From Bacillota bacterium (GTDB lineage Bacteria; Bacillota; Dethiobacteria; SKNC01), in NCBI GenBank assembly GCA_007120745.1, contig SKNC01000040.1:3-64002 (forward strand): a stretch of 64,000 bases of DNA, written 5' to 3'. The first letter of the stretch is position 1. Every line of letters begins with the position of its first letter. The translations under genes were made by a program, and so were the position numbers. The notes beneath the pieces were generated by a model, which saw nothing but the letters and a program-made list of their open reading frames with translations, did not search any database and was not told where the DNA came from. Shown piece by piece: positions 49,588 to 60,820 of the stretch.

Positions 49588-51379
49588 GTAAAGAATCACC
49601 TTCTTCCAGGTCCTGAGCCAGGGGGAGGGTGAAACTTACCCGGGTCCCCTGCCCAACACTGCTTTCCACCTGCATGCGGCCTCCATGGGCCTCGATAATT
49701 TGACGGGCAATGGAAAGGCCCAGTCCGGTTCCCCCGTGGTCCCGGGAACGGGTCTTATCCACCCGGTAAAAACGTTCGAATACCCGGGTAAGGTCTTCCG
49801 GAGGGATACCACTGCCGGTATCCTCTATAGATACGGTCACGTCTCCTTCCTCTACCACCGCCCTGAGGGTTATTAGGCCCTCCGGTGGAGTGTACTGGCG
49901 GGCATTGCTCAGAAGGTTTAACAGCACCTGCTTGATACGGTCCCTGTCCAGGAAAAGAGCCGGTAGGTCATGGGGAATTTGAATGCTCCAGTATAACCGG
50001 GCCTCCTCCAGTTCCACTGCTACCTGCTCAAAGGTTTCCTCTGCCAGTTTTTTAACGTCTACCCATTCCTTATTCCAGCGGACCTGTTGGTAGTCCAGCC
50101 GGGAAAGAATCAAAAGGTCCTGCACCAGCCGAACCATCCGGTCGGTTTCATTTTCCACCACCCGGAGAAACCTGTGCTGCAGGCTCATGTCATCCATGGG
50201 ATTGTCTACCAGGGCTTCCACGTAGCTTTTTATGGTGGTCAAGGGGGTCCTCAGTTCGTGGGATACGTTGGCCACAAACTCCTGCTGAAGCTGGCTTAGT
50301 TTTCTCTCCCGGGTAATGTCATGCAGAACCACCAGAAGCCCGCTCAAAGAACCCTCCCGGGTTTTAAAGGGGGCAAAATAAGCTTTTAGAATTTTTTCCT
50401 CCTGTTCGCCCCAGGGCAGCTCTTTTACCAGCTGTTCCTCCTGCTCCAGGCAGTGCCAATAATCCTCCTGGGGAAAAATGTTATAAAAAAGCTTTTGAGC
50501 ATATTCTTGTGACGGGCCCTCTTTCATCCCCAGCATCACTTTCGCCGCTGGATTCATATGAATCAGGGCCCCCTGGCGGTTAAAGGCCAGGATTCCGTCA
50601 GTCATATAAGTAAGGATTGCATCTCCCTTGCTTTTTTCCGAGGATATTTCTTTCAGGGTTTCGTCCAGCTGCTGCGCCAGGTGGTTGAACATCATGCCCA
50701 GCTGACCAATCTCATCATCTTCTTTTACGGAAATTTTCTGGCTGAAATCCCCGGAGGCCATCTTTTCCGCCTTTGAAGTAATGGTTTGGATGGGGACGGT
50801 GATGGTCTTGGTCAGAACAAAACCCAGGGAGGCGGTTATGGCCATCACCAGAAGCCCGCCGGACAGGAGAATGACCCGAATCTGCCTCATGGTATTATCC
50901 AGGCTTTCCAAAGAGCCTACCAGGTACACTACCCCTACCACATTCTGCCCTGTTTTTACCGGCAGGGCCAGGTATTTTGTCCTCTGGTTGGAATCCGGAA
51001 CCACCCTCAGATCCTCGCTTTTATGTCCCGTCAGAGCCCGGGTTACCTCCTGGTGAACAATTCTTCTGCCCAAAAGTTCCGTATCTTCACTGTTGCTGCT
51101 GATGACTCTTCCAAAGCCGTCCAGCACCATGATTTCCGTTCCCGCCTGGATTCCAAATCCTTTTACCAGGTCATGTATGTAAAGTTCTGCCTGCTCATCT
51201 ACCAGGTGCCTCCGGACAAAACTGGCTAAAAGCTCCCCCTGGGTCTCCAGGGAGTCCGAAAAGTCCTTTAAGTAGTATTCCTCAATGCCCTGAAGCAGAT
51301 AAACCCCAAAAAACTGCATGGCAAAAAGAATGAGAAGGGTATACATGAGCGCAATTTTCCACTGCATGCTTTTAAACAT
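49571..51379 (-). CDS. walK: Cell-wall sensor histidine kinase WalK
   Basis: TM-TM, HAMP, PAS, ANVSHELRTPLT H-box, RVDKTRSR..GGTGLGL. Confidence 0.93.
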   Translation of the reverse strand: MFKSMQWKIALMYTLLILFAMQFFGVYLLQGIEEYYLKDFSDSLETQGELLASFVRRHLVDEQAELYIHDLVKGFGIQAGTEIMVLDGFGRVISSNSEDTELLGRRIVHQEVTRALTGHKSEDLRVVPDSNQRTKYLALPVKTGQNVVGVVYLVGSLESLDNTMRQIRVILLSGGLLVMAITASLGFVLTKTITVPIQTITSKAEKMASGDFSQKISVKEDDEIGQLGMMFNHLAQQLDETLKEISSEKSKGDAILTYMTDGILAFNRQGALIHMNPAAKVMLGMKEGPSQEYAQKLFYNIFPQEDYWHCLEQEEQLVKELPWGEQEEKILKAYFAPFKTREGSLSGLLVVLHDITRERKLSQLQQEFVANVSHELRTPLTTIKSYVEALVDNPMDDMSLQHRFLRVVENETDRMVRLVQDLLILSRLDYQQVRWNKEWVDVKKLAEETFEQVAVELEEARLYWSIQIPHDLPALFLDRDRIKQVLLNLLSNARQYTPPEGLITLRAVVEEGDVTVSIEDTGSGIPPEDLTRVFERFYRVDKTRSRDHGGTGLGLSIARQIIEAHGGRMQVESSVGQGTRVSFTLPLAQDLEEGDSLHVGEI

Positions 51380-52064
51380 GTTCCGGCCTCCTCAAATAAT
51401 AACCGATGCCCCTTTTAGTCCGAATGTAATCAGGACGGCTGGGATCCTCCTCCACCTTCTCCCGCAGCCGCCGTACCGTCACATCCACGGTACGGTCATC
51501 ACCGCAGTAGTCATGTCCCCAAACATCTGACAGGAGCTTACCCCGGGTAAAAACACATCCGGCATTTCTTGCCAGGTAGGTGAGCAGTTCAAATTCCCGG
51601 TAGGTCAGTTCCACCAACAGCCCGTTTTTTCTCACCTCTACAGTGTCCAGGTTGATTTCCAGGCTTCCACACTTCATGACTTCCTGTTCCTGCAGGCTGC
51701 CTTCCGCCCTCCTCAGGATTGCCCTGACCCGGGCCGTCAGTTCCCGGGCACCAAAGGGCTTGGTCACATAATCGTCGGCTCCCAGTTCCAATCCCAGCAC
51801 CTTGTCCGTTTCAGTTTCCTTTGCGGTAAGCATCAAAATGGGAACGGAAAGCCGCTTTCGTATTTCCCTGCAGACTGCAAATCCGTCTTTTTTGGGAAGC
51901 ATGATATCCAGGATTACCAGGTCAGGCCTGTCCCGAAAGGTGATATTTACAGCCTCTTCCCCGTCATAAGCCACCAGAACCTTATACCCTTCCTGTTCCA
52001 GGTTGTACTTAATTATGTCGGCAATTGGTTTTTCGTCATCTACCACTAGTATCTTTGCCTGCAC
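51372..52064 (-). CDS. walR: Response regulator WalR (YycF)
   Basis: ILVVDDEKPIADI, LDIMLP, DDRTVDVTVRRLREK; heads the walK-yycH-yycI operon. Confidence 0.94.
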   Translation of the reverse strand: MQAKILVVDDEKPIADIIKYNLEQEGYKVLVAYDGEEAVNITFRDRPDLVILDIMLPKKDGFAVCREIRKRLSVPILMLTAKETETDKVLGLELGADDYVTKPFGARELTARVRAILRRAEGSLQEQEVMKCGSLEINLDTVEVRKNGLLVELTYREFELLTYLARNAGCVFTRGKLLSDVWGHDYCGDDRTVDVTVRRLREKVEEDPSRPDYIRTKRGIGYYLRRPEHV

Positions 52065-52141
52065 CTTGAGCCCTCCAGAATTTCTGATGATGCATTTTTA
52101 TTTCTACATCAAATTATAGCACAACCTTAAAAAGTCCGCAT

Positions 52142-52173
52142 AAAAAAAACGCGCGGCTGATGCCGCGCTTTTT
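52142..52173. terminator. Terminator between the M23 gene and walR
   Basis: GCGCGGC-TGAT-GCCGCGC flanked by A- and T-runs. Confidence 0.8.
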
Positions 52174-52232
52174 AAAAAATATATTAAGAGGGGGTCAAAC
52201 TCCAACTTATGTATGTATTTTACCCTCTCAAT

Positions 52233-52271
52233 GTTACAAACAAATTACAGAAGCATAAATATTCTGTTACA
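52233..52271 (-). promoter_or_regulatory. WalR-type direct-repeat box plus an extra half-site
   Basis: TGTAAT-TTGTT-TGTAAC matches TGTWAH-N5-TGTWAH; another TGTAAC lies 22 bp upstream. Confidence 0.65.
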
Positions 52272-52290
52272 TTTAGACTTTTTTTACTTT

Positions 52291-53673
52291 TTAATAATAA
52301 CGCATGGGGTTCACCCGGGTGCCGTTAATCCTGATTTCAAAATGCACATGGGATCCTGTTGCATTTCCTGTTGCTCCCATACGGGCGATTTGCTGACCCT
52401 TTGTTACCCGGGTTCCTACGCTGACCAGGTTGGAAGAGTTATGAGCATACAGAGTGCTTACTCCACCCCCGTGATCAATAATCACAGTCCTTCCGTAGCC
52501 GCCGGAGAAACCGGAAAAGGTTACTACTCCGCTGTCAGCAGCATATATGGCAGTTCCTCTCGGTCCCGAAATATCAATACCGTAGTGATATCCTCCCCAC
52601 CTTGGACCAAAATATGAACTGATTCTTCTGGAGGCAGAAGGCCATCCAAAGCGTCCCGATGGATTTATGCTGACATTGGAACTGGGGGCGCTGGGCCTGG
52701 CTGTACCCTTTACTACCTCCCGGGTTACAGGTTCTTTAATGATATCTTCATGAACAGCCTCTCTATCAATTTCTACTCCGTTTTTCGAAGTAACCCTGTA
52801 GGTCACTTCCTTCAGTCCATGTTCTCCCTCTTCATTCACTCTAGTTTGTGTGTGAAGCAGCCGGGAACTGTAGGTGGTATTGGTTTTAAAGGGTATCCTT
52901 TCTTCCCTGAGAATTTCCTCTACTACCACCACATTCACCAGCTTTTCTACTACATTCAGGTTTAATTCCTCTCCGATTTGCAGAAAGTCCCCATTTAACT
53001 GAGGGTTGAGATCCCTGAGTTCGCTGGTTCCCAGGTTGTTTCTGGAGGCAATCTCCGACAGGGTATCTCCCCGGGAAACCAGGTAAACCTGCCGGCGATT
53101 TCTTCCTTCCAACAGCACCTGCGCCACATCTTCGGCATCCAATATCCGGGTGGGATCCGCCAGCACAGGGGTAAGGGTAATGTCATCTTCAATAGTTACT
53201 TCAATTAGAGTTTCTTCCTCTTGAACGTAGTATTCCTTCACCAGCTGAATCACTTTATTGTATTCCGCTTCATCCTTCACCAGAAAAGTAGTGGTACCGT
53301 TAATGGTAATTTCGCAGGCCTCTGCTTTATACGCAAGAGCATCCTTTAGCTGTGCCATAACTTTTTCCGGTTCCTCCGTCAGGGACTTGTCCCTGACCGG
53401 TTGGGCAGAGATTCTGCCCACCTGCACAACGTCCATTCCGTAAAGCTCTTCGGCTTCCTCCTGCAGCTGGAGCACAAAGTCCCTGACTTCCACCGGATCC
53501 TTAATGCTTCCCACAACCTGTCCATCCAGGTACACCTGGTAGTAAAAGCTGCCGAAATAGTCATGCAGTGCAAAAGCACCGGCGATGAGCAGGATAACCA
53601 GCATAACCCCCGCCACGGGCTTTGCTGCCCTAATCAATCGACGGTGTAAATCTCCATTCCTCTCAAATGTCAT
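52291..53673 (-). CDS. Membrane-anchored LysM / G5 / M23 peptidoglycan endopeptidase
   Basis: TM anchor, LysM (VSRGDTLSEIA), G5 (EGEHG.KEVTY), HYGID and HVHFE. Confidence 0.92.
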   Translation of the reverse strand: MTFERNGDLHRRLIRAAKPVAGVMLVILLIAGAFALHDYFGSFYYQVYLDGQVVGSIKDPVEVRDFVLQLQEEAEELYGMDVVQVGRISAQPVRDKSLTEEPEKVMAQLKDALAYKAEACEITINGTTTFLVKDEAEYNKVIQLVKEYYVQEEETLIEVTIEDDITLTPVLADPTRILDAEDVAQVLLEGRNRRQVYLVSRGDTLSEIASRNNLGTSELRDLNPQLNGDFLQIGEELNLNVVEKLVNVVVVEEILREERIPFKTNTTYSSRLLHTQTRVNEEGEHGLKEVTYRVTSKNGVEIDREAVHEDIIKEPVTREVVKGTARPSAPSSNVSINPSGRFGWPSASRRISSYFGPRWGGYHYGIDISGPRGTAIYAADSGVVTFSGFSGGYGRTVIIDHGGGVSTLYAHNSSNLVSVGTRVTKGQQIARMGATGNATGSHVHFEIRINGTRVNPMRYY

Positions 53674-53824
53674 CCTAAAACCTCCGTTTTCTAAAAGCCG
53701 GAGCAGAAAAATGTAAAAAAATAGGTTATAAAGAGAATCTAACCTGTTAACCCATATTTATATTTCGCTAAATTTAATTAAATTCCTTCCAAAATCAGAG
53801 GAAATTATTAAAAAAAATTAAAAA

Positions 53825-53854
53825 TTAAAGAAGCAGCAGGAGCTGCTTCTTTAA
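53825..53854. terminator. Terminator after tRNA-Glu
   Basis: 13-bp perfect stem TTAAAGAAGCAGC-AGGA-GCTGCTTCTTTAA. Confidence 0.8.
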
Positions 53855-53858
53855 ATAT

Positions 53859-53933
53859 TGGTGACCCCTACGGGAATCGAACCCGTGTTACCGCCTTGAA
53901 AGGGCGGTGTCTTAACCGCTTGACCAAGGGGCC
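53859..53933 (-). tRNA. tRNA-Glu (UUC)
   Basis: GGCCCCTTGGTCAAGCGGTTAAGACACCGCCCTTTCAAGGCGGTAACACGGGTTCGATTCCCGTAGGGGTCACCA: cloverleaf, TTC anticodon, encoded CCA. Confidence 0.98.
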
Positions 53934-53999
53934 ACAAAATATTAATTATTTTTAATTTTTTCAAAATTTTTGGTGACGGTTTTGCTCTCACAAGTTCAA

Positions 54000-54028
54000 A
54001 TAATACAATAATTTTTTTGATTTGTCAA
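54000..54028 (-). promoter_or_regulatory. sigmaA promoter of tRNA-Glu
   Basis: TTGACA-N17-TATTAT. Confidence 0.8.
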
Positions 54029-54030
54029 TA

Positions 54031-55365
<1,335 letters not shown>

Positions 55366-55568
55366 TTATTTATGCAAATCATTCTTTGCTTATGTTAAAC
55401 TCAAAAAAATAAAACATGAAAAAAACATCAACCTACGAGATAATACCAGAATGTCCTCTTCATGTCAAGGAATATGGCCTTCTTTTATAGTTACTCTAAG
55501 GATAATGTCATGTTGATTTTACTCTGAAGTGTCACCGGTGAGAACGTAAAATCTTCAATGAAAATACA

Positions 55569-56921
55569 TCAGGTGCCGGTTTCCTCCATGTGAGAACGGG
55601 AGGCAATATTTTGAAACCGGGTAAAAGAATCCTGGAAATACAGCCGGACCGTATCTATGGGACCGTTCCTCTGCTTGGCAACAATAATTTCCGCGATATT
55701 TTTATCCTGAGATTCATTATTATAGTAGTCGTCCCGGTATATGAAGGCCACCAAATCGGCGTTGGCCTCAATCCCTCCGGATTCCAGCAGGTCGCTTAAG
55801 ATGGGCCGCTTGTCATTTCTGGTCTCCACCGCCCGGCTCAGCTGCGAAAGGGCTATGATGGGGACGTTGAGTTCTTTGGCCAGGGCTTTTAATGAGCGGG
55901 AAATGAAGGAAATTTCCTGCTGGCGGTTCTCCTGTCTGCCGTGGGCCCGCATCAGCTGGAGATAGTCAATAAAAATGATGCTCAGCCCGTGTTCTGCCAT
56001 GAGCCTTCGGGCCTTGGCCCGGATTTCCATGACGCTGATGGCCGGAGTATCATCAATATAGATGGGGGCTTCCGCCAGGGGGCCCACCGCCCGGACCAGT
56101 TTGGGCCAATCTTCTCCCGTTAAGTAGCCCCGGCGCAGCCGGTGGGCATCGATGCCCGCCTGGGCACAAAGCATTCGCATAACCAGCTGTTCCTTGGACA
56201 TTTCCAGGCTGAATATGGCCGCGGAAAGCTTTTCCCGGGTGCCAATGTGCTGGGCTATATTCAGGGCCAGGGTGGTCTTGCCCATCCCCGGTCGTGCAGC
56301 CACAATAATCAGGTCGGAATTCTGAAAGCCGGAGGTGATATTATCCAGATCCGTAAAGCCAGAGGGCACTCCGGTAATCCCCTTTTTGTGCTCGTACAGG
56401 TATTCGATGCGTTCGAAGGTTTCCATGAGGATGTCTTTAATCACTACGTAGCTCTTCTGAGCTCCCTGATTGGCCACTTGAAAAATCAGTTTTTCCGACT
56501 CATCCAGTATTTCCTCTATCTCATCTCCGCCTTCGTAACACCGGCTGCTTATTTTGGAGGAAACGCTGATCAGCTGCCTCAGTACAGCCTTCTCTTTTAC
56601 GATACCGGCGTATGTAGATACATTGGCAGCGGTAGGAACCAGGTCTACAATTTTGGTCAGGTACGAGGCTCCTCCCACCGACTCCAGCTGGTTTTTCTGC
56701 CGCAGTTCTTCACTGAGAGTTACCAGGTCTACCGGTTCTCCCTGGTCCGAAAGTTCTATCATGGCCTGGAAAATCTTCCGGTGGTTATCGTGGTAAAAAT
56801 CCTCTGCTCTTAAATATTCAACACCGGTGATAATGGCTTCCCGCTCCAGAAGCATGGAACCCAGCACCGATTGTTCCGCCTCCAGGTTGTGGGGAGGAAC
56901 CCGATCTAATAAATCGCTCAT
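55569..56921 (-). CDS. dnaB: Replicative DNA helicase (DnaB; DnaC in Bacillus nomenclature)
   Basis: PPHNLEAEQSVLG, ARPGMGKT, IDYLQL, LSQLSR, KQRNGP. Confidence 0.98.
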   Translation of the reverse strand: MSDLLDRVPPHNLEAEQSVLGSMLLEREAIITGVEYLRAEDFYHDNHRKIFQAMIELSDQGEPVDLVTLSEELRQKNQLESVGGASYLTKIVDLVPTAANVSTYAGIVKEKAVLRQLISVSSKISSRCYEGGDEIEEILDESEKLIFQVANQGAQKSYVVIKDILMETFERIEYLYEHKKGITGVPSGFTDLDNITSGFQNSDLIIVAARPGMGKTTLALNIAQHIGTREKLSAAIFSLEMSKEQLVMRMLCAQAGIDAHRLRRGYLTGEDWPKLVRAVGPLAEAPIYIDDTPAISVMEIRAKARRLMAEHGLSIIFIDYLQLMRAHGRQENRQQEISFISRSLKALAKELNVPIIALSQLSRAVETRNDKRPILSDLLESGGIEANADLVAFIYRDDYYNNESQDKNIAEIIVAKQRNGPIDTVRLYFQDSFTRFQNIASRSHMEETGT

Positions 56922-56939
56922 AAATCTTCCCTCAATCTA

Positions 56940-58871
56940 TTATTTTTGGTTAAATAGAAATTCCAAAAGTTCCTGGGCAGTGGACACGCCGGTTACCTGG
57001 ATATCGCTGTAACTGGCGTAAATATCCCTGAGGTTCCCCTGAGGAACAAATATTTGCTTAATCCCTGCCTGCTTCGCTCCGTAGATTTTTTCTTGAATTC
57101 CCCCCACAGGCTTTATTTTCCCCTGCAGAGATATTTCTCCGGTTACCGCCAGGTCAGTGCTGATGGGCAGGTTTTTAACCGCGCTGTACATGGCTGCCAG
57201 CACAGCCGCTCCCGCAGAGGGGCCTTCGATGTTTCCCCCGCCAATCACATTGACGTGGAGGTCATACTGGGTCAGGTCTTTGCCGGTAAGTCCTTTGATG
57301 GCGGTAACGGCATTAAAGACCGAATCCCGGGCCATGGAGCCCGCGGTATCATTAAATCTTATGGTTCCCTTCCCGTTGGGGGAGGAAAACACAGCGGCCT
57401 CAATTTCCAGGACCACACCCACATATCCACTGGAACCCAGGCCGAATATTCTCCCCGCCTGTTCTTTCTCTCCCGCTTTGACCGGGGCATACGGAGCCAG
57501 GCGGGCGGTTTGAATTACCTTAAAGACTTCTTCTTCCGAAATACATACCAAAGTACTGCCGGGAACCTCTTTTTTCCCCGCCTGCTCGAAAAGAGCCAGG
57601 CCGTACGCATCCGCCAAAATATTGATGGCTTTTCGGCCCTCAATAGTATATTCACTGATAATGTCAGGCACCCGGGGGGCCAGTTTTACCTTCAGTTTTT
57701 TGGCCGCCCCCCGAATAATTTTTTGAATGTCCTCCGGCCCCAGGGGCTCAAAAAACACTTCCGTACAGCGGGAACGCAGGGCGGGAGAAATATTTGAGGG
57801 GCTCCGGGTGGTAGCCCCGATGAGAATAAAATCCGCCGGGGCCCCCTCATCAAACAGCTTCTTAATGTACTGTGGAATATTTTCATCGTTGGGATCGTAA
57901 TAAGCAGAGTCAAAATACACCCGCTTGTCCTCCAGCACCTTCAGCAGTTTACTCTGCAGGTGCAGGTCCATCTCCCCAATCTCATCAATAAAGAGCACCC
58001 CTCCATGGGCTTCGGTAACCAGCCCTGGTTTCGGTTCCGGGATGCCTCCTTCCATCAGGTCCCTTCTGGCCCCCTGGTAGATGGGATCATGAACGGAACC
58101 CGTCAGGGGGTTGGTGGCCTCCCGGGGGTCCCATCGCAGAGTGGTGGCATCCACCTCTTCAAAGGGTGCATCACTCAGAAAAGGCGTATAGGGCAGTTCT
58201 TTAGCGGACTGAAGTGCCAGCCGGGCAGCGGTGGTTTTCCCCACTCCCGGGGGCCCATACAGAATAATGTGCTGGGGATAGGGAGCTGCCAGTTTGGAGA
58301 GCAGGGACTTAACCGCGCTGCCCTGCCCCACAATTTCCTCCAAAATAGAGGGGCGCAGCACCTCCATGATGGAACGGGACAGCCCGACCTGCTCTTTTTT
58401 TTCCAGCAGCGCCAGCTTTTTCAGGGTCTGAGCGTTTTCCGACCCGGATTGTTCCTTTAGAATCTGTTTTTTCAGGTCCTGCATGTATTCATCATGCTTT
58501 TCCTGCATCTTGATGTTTATTTTGGCCTGCAGGGAATCCTCCAGGGATTTCCTGGCCAGTAAGTCAGCAATTTTTTCTTCAATGTCCTCCAGTACCTCCG
58601 GAATCTCCTCCGGTTCCGGGAGATTTTCCAGGGTGGGATCTTCATACACTACTTTCTGCAGCCCTAATATTCTCTCCTCTATTTTATGGGAGCGGAGTAG
58701 TTTCAAGGACTCCAGTTTTCCTGCCTTTAAGATCAGCTTATCCGCCCCAAGAATATCCGCCAGCATATCATAGATGGCAGATACTCTCTTTCGCAACTTT
58801 TCCTTGGAAGATAAGTTTTTCTGGAATCGTTTTACCAGGGAATCAAATTTATCAGGCTCTATGTTTTTCAT
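56940..58871 (-). CDS. lonC: Lon-family ATP-dependent protease LonC
   Basis: GPPGVGKT, IDEIG, EGPSAG (Ser) and KIYGA (Lys) dyad; between rplI and the helicase. Confidence 0.9.
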   Translation of the reverse strand: MKNIEPDKFDSLVKRFQKNLSSKEKLRKRVSAIYDMLADILGADKLILKAGKLESLKLLRSHKIEERILGLQKVVYEDPTLENLPEPEEIPEVLEDIEEKIADLLARKSLEDSLQAKINIKMQEKHDEYMQDLKKQILKEQSGSENAQTLKKLALLEKKEQVGLSRSIMEVLRPSILEEIVGQGSAVKSLLSKLAAPYPQHIILYGPPGVGKTTAARLALQSAKELPYTPFLSDAPFEEVDATTLRWDPREATNPLTGSVHDPIYQGARRDLMEGGIPEPKPGLVTEAHGGVLFIDEIGEMDLHLQSKLLKVLEDKRVYFDSAYYDPNDENIPQYIKKLFDEGAPADFILIGATTRSPSNISPALRSRCTEVFFEPLGPEDIQKIIRGAAKKLKVKLAPRVPDIISEYTIEGRKAINILADAYGLALFEQAGKKEVPGSTLVCISEEEVFKVIQTARLAPYAPVKAGEKEQAGRIFGLGSSGYVGVVLEIEAAVFSSPNGKGTIRFNDTAGSMARDSVFNAVTAIKGLTGKDLTQYDLHVNVIGGGNIEGPSAGAAVLAAMYSAVKNLPISTDLAVTGEISLQGKIKPVGGIQEKIYGAKQAGIKQIFVPQGNLRDIYASYSDIQVTGVSTAQELLEFLFNQK

Positions 58872-58903
58872 CTGTCAATACCCCCCCGATTGCTAAAAGC
58901 CCT

Positions 58904-59347
58904 CTACCCTTCTTCCACAATAACTTCGATTTCTGTAGAAATTTCAGGGTGCAGTTTCAAGTTTACGGTATATGAACCCAGGCCCCGGATGGGTTCCCCC
59001 AGGTCTATTTTACGTCGGTCTATATTCATTCCCTGTTCTTGTAGTTTTTTGGCAATATCTTTACTGGTTACGGAACCGAACAGCTTGCCCCCTTCACCTA
59101 CCCGAACGTTCAGGGTTACCTGTACGTTCTTTAACTTTTCCGCCAGGGCCTCCATTTTCTCTTTTTCTTCTTTCTCTTTCCGTTCCAGGGACTTCTTCTG
59201 GGTTTCCAGGTCCTTCAATGCCTTGGGAGTGGCTTCTACCGCCAGCCCCTTGGGAATTAAAAAGTTCCGGGCATATCCGTCGGAAACCACCTTGACCTCC
59301 CCCGAAGCACCTAATTTCTTCACTTCCTGAAGCAGGATTACTTTCAT
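58904..59347 (-). CDS. rplI: 50S ribosomal protein L9
   Basis: [22 protein letters not shown]. Confidence 0.99.
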   Translation of the reverse strand: MKVILLQEVKKLGASGEVKVVSDGYARNFLIPKGLAVEATPKALKDLETQKKSLERKEKEEKEKMEALAEKLKNVQVTLNVRVGEGGKLFGSVTSKDIAKKLQEQGMNIDRRKIDLGEPIRGLGSYTVNLKLHPEISTEIEVIVEEG

Positions 59348-59580
59348 GAAAATCTCCTTTCTGTACAGCTTACAATTTTATTCTCTAGGGAAAGCAGCTT
59401 TTCCTTCTATTTAGAAGAGTAGTTTATGGTAACTTTTTTAGAAACTTGAAAAAGGTGAAAAGGAGGACACTCATTTATTGAAAATGTCCTCCTCTTTCTC
59501 CCTTATAATTCAGTTTTCCATGCATCTGCCCTGCCAGCCCCGGGCATCTACCTGTTTGTCTTGATTTTTTGTAATAATTA

Positions 59581-59811
59581 TTATTCTATGGTATAGGGCA
59601 AAAGGGCTATATTTCGGGCCCTTTTAATGGCCCTGGTCAGCTGTCTCTGATGCCCTGCACAGTTGCCGGAAATCCTTCGGGGCAAGATTTTCCCCCGCTC
59701 CGTAATAAAACGTCTCAGCTTTTCAGCAGATTTGTAGTCAATATTTTCAATTTTTTCTACACAAAAGCTGCAGACCTTTTTTCTTCCTTTCCTGCCTCGA
59801 TCTCTTCTCAA
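59581..59811 (-). CDS. rpsR: 30S ribosomal protein S18, Zn-binding type
   Basis: [29 protein letters not shown]; TTG start. Confidence 0.98.
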   Translation of the reverse strand: MRRDRGRKGRKKVCSFCVEKIENIDYKSAEKLRRFITERGKILPRRISGNCAGHQRQLTRAIKRARNIALLPYTIE

Positions 59812-59879
59812 GCAGAATCCCTCCTTTGCTTGCTATTCATAATATCCTCTGTGAGGAGGAGACTGCAAAACCGGTTGGG

Positions 59880-60275
59880 CTAGAAGGGAACATCTTCGTC
59901 GGACACTTCTCCGCCAATGAAATCGTCAAAGGAATCTCCCCGGGGAGCGGAATCTTTCTTTTCAAGAAATTGAACATTGTCCGCCACCACTTCCGCAATG
60001 GTTCTCCTTTGACCCTCCTCGGTCTCATAGTTCCTGACCTGGAGCCTCCCGGTCACCCCTACCAGTCTGCCTTTAGATAAATAATTTGCACAAAGCTCGG
60101 CCAGTTTTCGCCAGGCCACAATTTTTATAAAATCGGCTTCTCTTTCACCCTGCTGGTTGGTAAAGTTGCGATTCACTGCCAGGGTAAAGTTGACCACGGC
60201 GTTCCCTCCGGAGGGAGTATATCTCAGCTCCGGGTCCCTGGTAAGCCTTCCTACTAAAACTACGGAATTAATCAT
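59880..60275 (-). CDS. ssb: Single-stranded DNA-binding protein
   Basis: [18 protein letters not shown]; acidic tail ending DVPF. Confidence 0.98.
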   Translation of the reverse strand: MINSVVLVGRLTRDPELRYTPSGGNAVVNFTLAVNRNFTNQQGEREADFIKIVAWRKLAELCANYLSKGRLVGVTGRLQVRNYETEEGQRRTIAEVVADNVQFLEKKDSAPRGDSFDDFIGGEVSDEDVPF

Positions 60276-60298
60276 TTTTTAAAGCACCACCTTTTCTT

Positions 60299-60586
60299 TT
60301 ATTCATCCTCACGAACAATCAGGTAGCGCAGAACTCCATCGGTAATTTTAAAAGACCGTTCCAGCTGGTCGGTTATATGGGCAGGGGCCGTGTAGTTCAT
60401 TAAAACGTAAAAGCCTTCCTTCTGCTTTTTCACTTCATAAGCCAGTTTTCTTTTCCCCCACTTGTCCAGGTTAGATATCTGGCCCCCTTCCCGCTCAATG
60501 ACGGATTTAAATTTTTCGATCAATTCTTCGGTTTTTTCCTCTTCCAGCTGGGATTGAAGGATAAATATGGTCTCATATTTCTGCAT
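60299..60586 (-). CDS. rpsF: 30S ribosomal protein S6
   Basis: MQKYETIFIL, WGKRKLAYEV, GFYVL. Start refined. Confidence 0.98.
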   Translation of the reverse strand: MQKYETIFILQSQLEEEKTEELIEKFKSVIEREGGQISNLDKWGKRKLAYEVKKQKEGFYVLMNYTAPAHITDQLERSFKITDGVLRYLIVREDE

Positions 60587-60590
60587 TAGC

Positions 60591-60638
60591 TCACCTCCCT
60601 TCGGACTGACGGCCCCGCAGCAGAGCTGCGGAGCAGGG
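60591..60638 (-). ncRNA. S6:S18 ribosomal-protein leader (cis-regulatory RNA)
   Basis: CCCTGCTCCGCAGCTCTGCTGCGGGGCCGTCAGTCCGAAGGGAGGTGA resembles the Firmicutes rpsF leader (hairpin, CCG, AGTCC, SD pairing). Confidence 0.75.
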
Positions 60639-60820
60639 ATCATTCGGTTGGTTTCTCCGGAGAAAATCCCGGAGAAATACGCTTCTGGTAACTTAGACCA
60701 GAGCAGCCAACAAATTTTATTATAACAGGCATTTTCCCCAAGAGCAAGAAAAAAGCTTGTCCTCCGCTATATATTTTGCACAGAAAAAGATTTTTGCCTG
60801 TTCCGCGCTACCCACGCAGG

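Noticed and set aside
53680-53940. Island integrated at tRNA-Glu
   Set aside because: No repeat of the tRNA 3' end and no integrase; the flanking genes are core.
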